Assembly (NCBI GenBank): GCA_017621735.1
Contig: JAGASM010000006.1
Span: 13,036-77,035, forward strand
Direction: 5' to 3'
DNA length: 64,000 nucleotides
Origin: Clostridia bacterium
Lineage (GTDB): Bacteria; Bacillota; Clostridia; Christensenellales; Borkfalkiaceae
Shown here one piece after another: positions 57,020 to 64,000 of this stretch. Each line of letters starts with the position of its first letter. The first letter of the stretch is position 1. The position numbers and the translations under genes are program-made. The notes beneath the pieces are model-generated. The model was not told the DNA's origin, searched no databases, and saw nothing but the letters and a program-made list of their open reading frames with translations.

Positions 57020-58223
57020 TCCCTATCAAATTTTAACAAAAGTTTACGCGGAAGGGGCACACTTAAAGCAAGCGCTTGCGGAAACGCCGATCGAGGAACT
57101 GAACCGTTCCCGAACGGTAAAAACGGTGTACGGCGTGTTGGAAGAAGATGGATATCTCTCTTTGTGTATTCGCACGTTTGCGCAAAAAAATCCAAAACAA
57201 AGCGTGCGTATTTTATTGAAGATCGCCCTTTACTGGCTATTGTTTTTGCAAAAGCCCAAGTACATGGTAACGGATACCGCAGTCGATTTATTAAAGAGGC
57301 TGGGAAAGAGCGGTATGGCGGGCTTTGTAAACGCCTTTTTGCGCAAGTTCGACGAGAAAAAGGTTGTACTTCCCGAAGGGGAGGAAGGGCTTGCGGTGCG
57401 TTCGTCCTTTCCTCTGTTTGCCGTGAAGAAAGTCGTCGCGGAGTACGGGGAACGCGCGGAGTCAATTTTGACGGCGAAAAGCAAGGGTGTGAGCGTTCGC
57501 TTTGAACGCGGAGAAGAAGAATATCTCAACCGCCCTCACGAAGTGTCGCCCTTTGAAAAGGCGTACTTTTTCCCGCATTTTACAAGGGACGCAAACTTTT
57601 TTGCGGGGGATTATACCTTTCAATCGGTGGGCAGTATTGCAATTTGCGACGTCGTGGAAGGGTGCGATCGTCTTCTCGACGCATGCGCAGCCCCCGGCGG
57701 GAAAGGCGTCCTTCTTGCAAAAAAATGCAAAGAGATCGTATCCTGCGAATTGCATGCGCATCGCGTTTGTTTGATTGAACAGTATTGCGCCCGCATGAAG
57801 ACGGAAAACGTGGTTGCAATGCAAGCGGATTCTTCTGTGTTTCGTCCCGAATGGGAACAATCGTTTGACGGCGTTTTGTGCGACGTCCCCTGCTCGGGGC
57901 TTGGAACGGCGGCGGAAAATCCCGATCTTCCCTTGCGGAAACGGGAAGAAGATATGCAAGAATTGTCTAAAACACAGCGGGCAATTCTCAAAAATTGCGC
58001 GCGCTACGTCAAAAAAGGCGGATATTTATACTATTCCACCTGTTCTATTTTGAAAGAGGAAAACGACGATATCGTCGAGGCGTTTTTACGGGAACATCCG
58101 ACGTTTGAAGTTTGCGCGATAGCAAGTCCGCTCATCTTTGAAAGGACGAAATACGGATTACAGTTTTTACCCGACCGCGCGTACGGCGCAGGATTTTACG
58201 TGGTAAAAATGAGGCGGGTATGA
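56997..58223 (+). CDS. rsmB: 16S rRNA (cytosine-C5)-methyltransferase RsmB/Sun
   Basis: SAM-binding LDACAAPGGK, and DVPCSGLG and YSTCS catalytic Cys motifs. TTG start overlaps the end of fmt. Confidence 0.85.
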   Translation: MKTNPFYDPYQILTKVYAEGAHLKQALAETPIEELNRSRTVKTVYGVLEEDGYLSLCIRTFAQKNPKQSVRILLKIALYWLLFLQKPKYMVTDTAVDLLKRLGKSGMAGFVNAFLRKFDEKKVVLPEGEEGLAVRSSFPLFAVKKVVAEYGERAESILTAKSKGVSVRFERGEEEYLNRPHEVSPFEKAYFFPHFTRDANFFAGDYTFQSVGSIAICDVVEGCDRLLDACAAPGGKGVLLAKKCKEIVSCELHAHRVCLIEQYCARMKTENVVAMQADSSVFRPEWEQSFDGVLCDVPCSGLGTAAENPDLPLRKREEDMQELSKTQRAILKNCARYVKKGGYLYYSTCSILKEENDDIVEAFLREHPTFEVCAIASPLIFERTKYGLQFLPDRAYGAGFYVVKMRRV

Positions 58224-59266
58224 AACAGATTTTACAAGATCTTTCGTTCAATGAATTAAAAGACCTTGTCGCGCAAGCGGGCGAAAAACCCTTTCGCGCG
58301 ACGCAAATTTTTGAAGGGCTTATGCACGGAAAGCGGATTTCTTCTCTTCCCGTATCGCCCTCTCTCCGCGCATATTTGCTCGAGCGGTTTGAGGATGAAC
58401 CCGTTCGTATTTTGGAAAAATTTACTTCGGCGGACGGAACGCAAAAGTATTTGTTTGCATTCGCGGACGGGAACGTCGTCGAAGGGGTGTTGATGTCTTA
58501 TAAGTACGGGAATACGCAATGCGTTTCCACGCAAGTCGGTTGCCGTATGGGCTGTAAATTTTGCGCGTCTACCTTAAACGGGCTGATTCGCAATTTGACG
58601 GCGGGGGAAATTTTATCGCAAATCCTCGTCGTCAATCGAGAGCAAGGGGGGACGCTCAAAGATCGGAAGGTTACCAACGTCGTATTGATGGGGAGCGGGG
58701 AACCGCTTGACAACTACGGCAACGTGATTAAATTTTTGCGCAACCTTTCGCAGGAGAACGGAATTTGCATCAGTGCGCGCAACGTAAGCCTTTCTACGTG
58801 CGGGCTTGTGCCGGAAATGTACCGCCTCGCGGACGAGGGGATTCCCCTTAATTTGACCATTTCTCTTCACGCGACGACGGATGAGGCGCGCAAACGCACG
58901 ATGCCGATTGCAAACGCCTATTCGATTGCGGAAATTTTGAAAGCGTGTTCCAATTATTTCAAAAAGACGGGAAGACGGTATATTTTCGAGTACAGTTTGA
59001 TCGACGGGGAAAATGCGGACGAAGAGCATGCGCTGGCGCTGTGCGCCCTCTTAAAGGGGAAACCGTGCCACGTCAATTTAATTCGGTTAAACGAAGTAAA
59101 AGAGCGTGCGCTTTCTTCCGCGTCGGAAAAGCAGGCGTACCGTTTTTTGGGCGTGCTGGAAAAGAACGGGATCTCCGCGACGCTGCGGCGGCAAATGGGC
59201 GCGGATATCGGCGGCGCGTGCGGACAGTTGCGTGCGAGTTATTTAAGCGAAACACAACCGAAATAG
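58220..59266 (+). CDS. rlmN: 23S rRNA/tRNA (adenine-C2)-methyltransferase RlmN (radical SAM)
   Basis: CX3CX2C motif CRMGCKFC and MGSGEPLDN. It ends with TAG. Confidence 0.95.
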   Translation: MKQILQDLSFNELKDLVAQAGEKPFRATQIFEGLMHGKRISSLPVSPSLRAYLLERFEDEPVRILEKFTSADGTQKYLFAFADGNVVEGVLMSYKYGNTQCVSTQVGCRMGCKFCASTLNGLIRNLTAGEILSQILVVNREQGGTLKDRKVTNVVLMGSGEPLDNYGNVIKFLRNLSQENGICISARNVSLSTCGLVPEMYRLADEGIPLNLTISLHATTDEARKRTMPIANAYSIAEILKACSNYFKKTGRRYIFEYSLIDGENADEEHALALCALLKGKPCHVNLIRLNEVKERALSSASEKQAYRFLGVLEKNGISATLRRQMGADIGGACGQLRASYLSETQPK

Positions 59267-59292
59267 CAATCAATTTGCAAAGGAGAAACAAA

Positions 59293-59952
59293 ATGCCTCA
59301 AATTAAAATTGCACCTTCTATTCTTGCATCCGACTTTTCGCGCGGCGCGGAAACGGTAAAAGCGCTCGAACAAAACGGGGCGGATTACGTCCATTGCGAT
59401 ATTATGGACGGGAACTTTGTTCCGCCGATCACGTTTGGGCATCAGTTTGTGGGGAGTCTTCGCCCGCATACCAAATTGCCGCTCGATTGCCACCTGATGG
59501 TGTTGCATCCCGAAACGCATTTTGAAGAGTTAAAAAAGGCGGGGGCAGATTTTATTACCATTCACAAAGAGGTGTGTAAAGAACAAACGCCCGCCCTTTT
59601 GCGCCGCATCCGCGAAATGGGAATGAAGAGCGGAGCGGTTGTCAATCCCGATACGCCTATTGAACGGGTGTTTGATTGCGTAGAGGATGCGGATATGATT
59701 TTGATTATGAGCGTGTTTCCCGGTTGGGGCGGGCAAAAATTCATTGCCGACACGTTAAAAAAGGCGGAAGCGTTGCGTTCGTTTTGTATCCGCAACGGAA
59801 AACCCGATTTCGATATCGAAATGGACGGCGGGATCTCCGAACAAAACGCAAAAGAGGTTATTTCTGCGGGGGTAAACGTCCTTGTCGCGGGCAGCGCGGT
59901 ATTCCGCTCTTTGGATATGGCGTCGACCATTCGCGCGTTGAGGGGAGAATGA
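59293..59952 (+). CDS. rpe: Ribulose-phosphate 3-epimerase
   Basis: PSILASDF, HCDIMDGNFVP and MSVFPGWGGQKF motifs. ORF 58945 opens earlier, but ATG 59293 follows AGGAG. Confidence 0.95.
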   Translation: MPQIKIAPSILASDFSRGAETVKALEQNGADYVHCDIMDGNFVPPITFGHQFVGSLRPHTKLPLDCHLMVLHPETHFEELKKAGADFITIHKEVCKEQTPALLRRIREMGMKSGAVVNPDTPIERVFDCVEDADMILIMSVFPGWGGQKFIADTLKKAEALRSFCIRNGKPDFDIEMDGGISEQNAKEVISAGVNVLVAGSAVFRSLDMASTIRALRGE

Positions 59953-60545
59953 AAGGGATTATTTTACTCAACGGAGAACCGTATCGAGGAAAAATAGACG
60001 ATACAAACGCACGCGTTTACTGTTGCGACGGCGCGTACGACTGGGCAAAAGGAGCCTGTCGGATCGACGTAACGCTCGGCGATTTTGATTCGCTTTCTTA
60101 TCTTCCCGATCCTCCTCCAAGCGAGATTTATCCCTCGCAAAAGGACGAAACGGACGGGGAGATCGCGCTTTTCCGCGCGATAGAAGAGGGTTGTAACCGA
60201 ATTGTTTTGTACGGGGGCGGCGGAAAGCGGGAGGATCATTTTCTCGGTAATTTACACCTTTTGTACGCGGCAAGACAGCGCGGGGTGCACGCGGAACTTT
60301 TGACCAACTACGCGCGGATTTTCGTGGCGGAAGGGGAAACGGTGATACGCGGGGCGCGCGGAAAAACGGTGTCCGTGGTTCCGTTTGGCGAAACGGTGCA
60401 TATATTAGAATGTAGCGGTTTTTACTATCCCATGCCGAATCAATTCAGTTACGGGACGACGAGGGGGATTTCCAACGTCGTTACGGAGGAGGACGCGCGG
60501 TTTGTCGCGCAAGGAAAATTGCTCGTTTTTATCAATCACGAATAA
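59949..60545 (+). CDS. thiN: Thiamine diphosphokinase
   Basis: GDFDS motif and QKDETDGE. ATGA overlap with the rpe stop; the ORF opens at 59676. Confidence 0.85.
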   Translation: MKGIILLNGEPYRGKIDDTNARVYCCDGAYDWAKGACRIDVTLGDFDSLSYLPDPPPSEIYPSQKDETDGEIALFRAIEEGCNRIVLYGGGGKREDHFLGNLHLLYAARQRGVHAELLTNYARIFVAEGETVIRGARGKTVSVVPFGETVHILECSGFYYPMPNQFSYGTTRGISNVVTEEDARFVAQGKLLVFINHE

Positions 60546-60619
60546 GGAGAGTGCATGATCGTTTGTATCAAGCCTCCGTATGCGATACGGATGGTACTTC
60601 GGTTGTTTTACAAAAAGAA

Positions 60620-61546
60620 ATGAAATATTGCGATCTTCATTGCGACGCCCTCACGACGGAGGGCGTTTTGCAAGTTGCGCCGTCTTCATTAAAAAAGGGC
60701 GATTGCCTGTTGCAGTGCTTTGCGATTTTTCCGGGGCGTCGAGAGAACGCGTGGGAGTTTGTCCGTAAGCATGCGGAGCGATTTTCTTCGTATTGCAAAG
60801 AAAACGGGTATGTGCCCGTAACGCGCGCCTCTGACGTAAAAGAAACTCAAATAAACGCGCTTCTTACGGTGGAGGATGCGGGGGCGATAGAGGGGGACTT
60901 GCAAAAACTCGACACGTTATATGCGCTCGGCGTGCGCATGATCACGTTGACGTGGAATTACCCGAATCAACTTGGATTTCCGAATTTTCCCGATTACGAG
61001 GGGCTTTTGTGCGGAAAAGGAAGGTTACAAGCGAGGGAAAACACGCTCGGCTTGACAAAATTTGGGCGAGAAGCGGTTGCGCGGATGAATCGACTCGGCG
61101 TAATAATCGACGTTTCGCACGGGAGCGACGCGTTGGTGCGCGACGTTGCAAAAGAGAGCAAAAAACCGTTTGTCGCGAGCCATTCGGGGATTCGCCGTGC
61201 GTTTGATTGCAGTCGCAATTTGACGGACGAAGGGGTGCGGCTTATCGCGGAGAGCGGCGGAGTAATAGGACTTGATTTTTGTGCCGACTTTCTTTCTTTC
61301 AATCAAACGGCGGAAGGGCAAAAAGAGGCAATGTTATATCATGCAAAGGAATTGATCCGCGTCGGCGGAGAGGACGTATTGTCGATCGGGAGTGATTTTG
61401 ACGGAATTCCCGTCAATCCTTATCTGAAAAATCCGTCTTATTTACCTGCGTTCTTTGAGGAACTTTGCCGCGTGTTTTCCGTTTCCGTTGCGGAAAAGAT
61501 CGCCTATCAAAATTTTTTGCGTGTATTCCAAGACGCATGCGGATAA
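60620..61546 (+). CDS. Membrane-dipeptidase-family (M19) dipeptidase
   Basis: DLHCD N-terminal motif, ITLTWN and IIDVSHGSD. ATG 60620 is preferred over GTG 60551, whose SD spacing is only 1 nt. Confidence 0.8.
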   Translation: MKYCDLHCDALTTEGVLQVAPSSLKKGDCLLQCFAIFPGRRENAWEFVRKHAERFSSYCKENGYVPVTRASDVKETQINALLTVEDAGAIEGDLQKLDTLYALGVRMITLTWNYPNQLGFPNFPDYEGLLCGKGRLQARENTLGLTKFGREAVARMNRLGVIIDVSHGSDALVRDVAKESKKPFVASHSGIRRAFDCSRNLTDEGVRLIAESGGVIGLDFCADFLSFNQTAEGQKEAMLYHAKELIRVGGEDVLSIGSDFDGIPVNPYLKNPSYLPAFFEELCRVFSVSVAEKIAYQNFLRVFQDACG

Positions 61547-61549
61547 AAG

Positions 61550-62010
61550 AAAAAAGGACTGTTTTAAGACAGTCCTTTGCTATATTGCGCTCGATTGCGT
61601 ATTCGTTTTTTATTGCATAGGGGTTGCGGGCAAATCACCTTGTGCGAGCAATAAAAAAAGACTGCAACAAGCAGTCCTTTTTCCGTTTTTATACGCGCTC
61701 GATTGCGCATTCGCTTTTTATTGTATAGGGGTTGCGGGCAAATCGCTTTGTGTGAGTAATAAAAAAAGACTGCAACAAGCAGTCCTTTGCTATATTGCGC
61801 TCAATTGCGTATTCGCTTTTTATTGCACAGGGGTTGCGGGCAAATCGCTTTGTGCGAACAATAAAAAAAGACTGCAACAAGCAGTCCTTTGCTATATCGC
61901 GCTCGATTGCGTATACTTTTTTTATTGCGTATGGTTGCGGGCAAATCGCTTTGTGTGAGAAATAAAAAAAGACTGCAACAAGCAGTCCTTTTTCCGTTTT
62001 TATACGCGCT
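61550..62010. repeat. Tandem array of 4-5 units (101-108 bp), each an intrinsic terminator hairpin plus a diverged copy of the rpmB 3' end
   Basis: AAAAAAAGACTGCAACAAGCAGTCCTTT occurs at about 61653, 61761, 61863 and 61964, with a variant hairpin at 61550. The inter-hairpin segments are mutually similar, and two of them end in ...AATCGAGCGCGTATAA like the real gene. Confidence 0.9.
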
Positions 62011-62188
62011 CGATTTTATCGCTCTTCAAGCATCTCGTGCAAACGTAATCGTTTACGACTTTTCCTTCTTTCACGAAGGAAACCTTCTGAACGTTTGCCT
62101 TGAACGTTCTTCTCGTCTTACGATGGCTGTGGCTGACGTTGTTACCCGTCGTTTGACCTTTACCGCAAACGCTGCATACTCTCGACAT
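62000..62188 (-). CDS. rpmB: 50S ribosomal protein L28
   Basis: [29 protein letters not shown] is typical of L28. Confidence 0.95.
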   Translation of the reverse strand: MSRVCSVCGKGQTTGNNVSHSHRKTRRTFKANVQKVSFVKEGKVVNDYVCTRCLKSDKIERV

Positions 62189-62349
62189 ATAGACACCTCC
62201 GATGGGAAATTCCGAAAATTTTTTGCGCGCAAAAACGCTTGCGCACGACTAACGGAGATATCATATCATTTTCAAATAAAAAAATCAATCAAAAAGAGGG
62301 TTGAAATACATTTTTTTTACGGAAAAAGGAAAAAATTTTTCTATAACGC

Positions 62350-62378
62350 TTGCAAAATATAATAGAATAAGGTACAAT
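62350..62378 (+). promoter_or_regulatory. Sigma-A-type promoter (TTGCAA-17-TACAAT)
   Basis: Hexamers read directly from the sequence, upstream of the asp23-like gene. Confidence 0.55.
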
Positions 62379-62403
62379 AAGATAGGCAGTTTAGGAGAAC
62401 ATT

Positions 62404-62754
62404 ATGTCAGTAAGCACGAGTAACGCATATGGTAAAATTTCAATATCCGATTTGGCAATCGCCAAAGTCGCGTCTCAGGCTGCGATCGAAAGCTACGGGA
62501 TCGTAGATACCGTTTCGCGCCGTTTTACCGACACGATTGCCGATTTGCTCAATAAAGACGCAGGTGGAAAGGGAGTTAAAATCGTTACCTCCGGAAACCG
62601 TATTTATATCGACGTATTCGTCTTGGTAAAATACGGGGTGTCCATTGAAGCCGTGGCGGAATCGTTAAAAGAATCCGTCAAATATAAAGTTGAAAAGTTT
62701 ACGGGAATGATTGTCGATACCGTAAACGTCAACGTCGTCGGGCTGAAACTTTAA
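62404..62754 (+). CDS. Asp23/Gls24-family envelope stress protein
   Basis: GKISISDLAIAKVASQAAIESYGIV and VNVNVVGL. It occupies the yloU-equivalent position. Confidence 0.85.
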   Translation: MSVSTSNAYGKISISDLAIAKVASQAAIESYGIVDTVSRRFTDTIADLLNKDAGGKGVKIVTSGNRIYIDVFVLVKYGVSIEAVAESLKESVKYKVEKFTGMIVDTVNVNVVGLKL

Positions 62755-62794
62755 CCGCTTCACTTGCTTAAATTCGTAAAGGGGTGCATGAATC

Positions 62795-64000
62795 ATGCAG
62801 AAAACGATAAATTGCGCAGAGTTCCGTAAGATGGTGCTCGTCGGCGCAAAGATGCTGGAAATCAACCGCGCGAAGGTAGATGCGTTAAACGTATTCCCCG
62901 TTCCCGACGGCGATACCGGTACAAACATGTCGCTTACCATTCAATCGGCGGTAAAAGAACTTTCCGCTTGTACGTCCAACAATTTTATGGACGTGTGCGA
63001 CTGTGTTTCCAAAGGCGCTTTGCGGGGTGCACGCGGAAACTCGGGCGTTATTCTTTCACAGATTTTTAGAGGCATTTGCTCCGTTTTGCGCGAAGGAAAG
63101 GCGGACGTCGATACAAAAACGTTTGCGCGTGCAATGGAAGCGGGAACGAAAATTGCGTACAACGCCGTTGCGATTCCCAAAGAAGGAACGATTTTGACCG
63201 TCGTTCGTATGATGAGTGAATTTGCCGTTAAATCCGCGGGGAAGTATAAAGATTTTGAAACGTTCCTTCCTGCTGTTATCGAAGCGGGCGATAAGGCGCT
63301 TGCGCAAACGCCCGAACTTCTTCCCGTATTGAAAAAAGCGGGAGTTGTAGACTCGGGCGGCGTCGGACTTATGACGATCATGCGCGGGTTCCAAGCGGCT
63401 TTGATGGGGGAAGAAGACGTTTCCGACGTGCAAACGGAAGCGGCGGAAGAAAACCCCGAGGACGTATTTGGCGATAATTCGGACATTATCAACATGGATT
63501 TGGGCGATATTGAGTTTGCATATTGCACCGAATTCTTCGTTATCAACTTAAAAAAGAGCACCACGCTTGCCGACATCGATAAGTTGCGTGAAAACTTGAT
63601 GAGCATCGGCGACAGTGTAATTTGTATCGGCGACTTGGAAATGGTCAAGGTACACGTTCATACCAACTGCCCCGGCGTTGCGCTTACCTATGCACTTGAA
63701 CTCGGCGAACTCGACCGTCCGAAGATTGAGAACATGCTCGAACAAAATCGCGCGTTAAAGGCAAAAATCGAGGCGGAAAAGAAAGATCAAGGCATGCTCG
63801 CAATTTGTGCGGGCGAGGGAATTAGCGATATCTTCAAGGATTTGTTCGTAGACAGAGTAATCGAAGGCGGACAAACGATGAATCCTTCCGCGTCCGACAT
63901 TGCGTCTGCGGTGCAAAAGATCAATGCGGAAAACGTTTTCGTGTTCCCCAACAATAAAAATATCATTCTTGCGGCAGAACAGGCAAAGGCGCTTGTGGAA
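62795..64000 (+). CDS. DAK2-domain protein (YloV-like), 3'-truncated by the window edge
   Basis: Hand translation from ATG 62795 is open to nt 64000 (402 codons). It contains DALNVFPVPDGDTGTNM and RGNSGVILSQ. It is absent from the ORF track because no stop lies in the window. Confidence 0.85.
   Translation, partial: MQKTINCAEFRKMVLVGAKMLEINRAKVDALNVFPVPDGDTGTNMSLTIQSAVKELSACTSNNFMDVCDCVSKGALRGARGNSGVILSQIFRGICSVLREGKADVDTKTFARAMEAGTKIAYNAVAIPKEGTILTVVRMMSEFAVKSAGKYKDFETFLPAVIEAGDKALAQTPELLPVLKKAGVVDSGGVGLMTIMRGFQAALMGEEDVSDVQTEAAEENPEDVFGDNSDIINMDLGDIEFAYCTEFFVINLKKSTTLADIDKLRENLMSIGDSVICIGDLEMVKVHVHTNCPGVALTYALELGELDRPKIENMLEQNRALKAKIEAEKKDQGMLAICAGEGISDIFKDLFVDRVIEGGQTMNPSASDIASAVQKINAENVFVFPNNKNIILAAEQAKALVE

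Noticed and set aside
61550-62010. A regularly spaced 28-nt hairpin repeat that superficially resembles a CRISPR array.
   Set aside because: The about 75-nt 'spacers' are homologous to one another and to the rpmB 3' end. The repeats are terminator hairpins with flanking A/T runs, and no cas genes are in the window. I treat it as a tandem duplication array, not CRISPR.
61455-62362. Two + strand ORFs (167 aa and 157 aa) encoding Cys-rich ~34-aa repeats (…KKRLQQAVLCYIALDCVFAFYCIGVAGKSLC…).
   Set aside because: They are read-through translations of the tandem terminator array. The first begins inside the dipeptidase gene in another frame and the second runs antisense through rpmB. Neither has an SD.

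Overview
This 64-kb chromosomal segment reads like the core genome of a spore-forming Firmicute (Clostridia-like). About 60 protein genes are present, most on the + strand and many translationally coupled. I recognised no tRNA, rRNA, CRISPR array, transposase, integrase or phage genes.

Gene content, left to right:
- A glycan-uptake locus: surface protein, solute-binding lipoprotein, a 781-aa lipoprotein and two permeases.
- An aldo/keto-reductase-ferredoxin fusion with DUF1893, then spoIIID.
- A BcrAD/BadFG-type double-ATPase activase with a dehydratase-like partner.
- DUF421/DUF4363.
- A THF riboswitch in front of a folT-like ECF S-component that carries one in-frame TAG.
- lgt-pncB, lspA-rluD-pyrR, DUF512-der-plsY.
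- A CXXC membrane protein with a polyferredoxin::thioredoxin fusion, on the minus strand.
- A cysteine-desulfidase-like gene, spoVAD-spoVAE, yunB and murG.
- A WYL regulator, tyrS, yigZ-ilvE, two membrane proteins and a phosphoglucomutase.
- An ArsR-like regulator, a TIM-barrel isomerase and a MacB-like ABC fusion.
- rpsU and pcrA-ligA.
- The B. subtilis 'ylo'-type block: yicC-gmk-rpoZ-priA-def-fmt-rsmB-rlmN-rpe-thiN, then rpmB, asp23 and DAK2.

Features the gene list does not explain:
1. Five separate tandem-duplication arrays (period about 91-130 bp), each sitting on a gene boundary. Three of them re-copy a gene's 3' end.
2. A tyrS leader with no T-box. It has a consensus promoter whose predicted start falls on the AUG of a Tyr-rich 25-codon mini-ORF that overlaps a terminator.
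3. A putative trans-membrane thiol-redox module.
4. A riboswitch-controlled transporter gene broken by a single amber codon.
5. A duplicated promoter-like module carrying G9 tracts next to the WYL regulator.

All calls come from reading the sequence and the ORF track by eye. Coordinates of RNA and regulatory elements are +/-2 nt. No database search was run.
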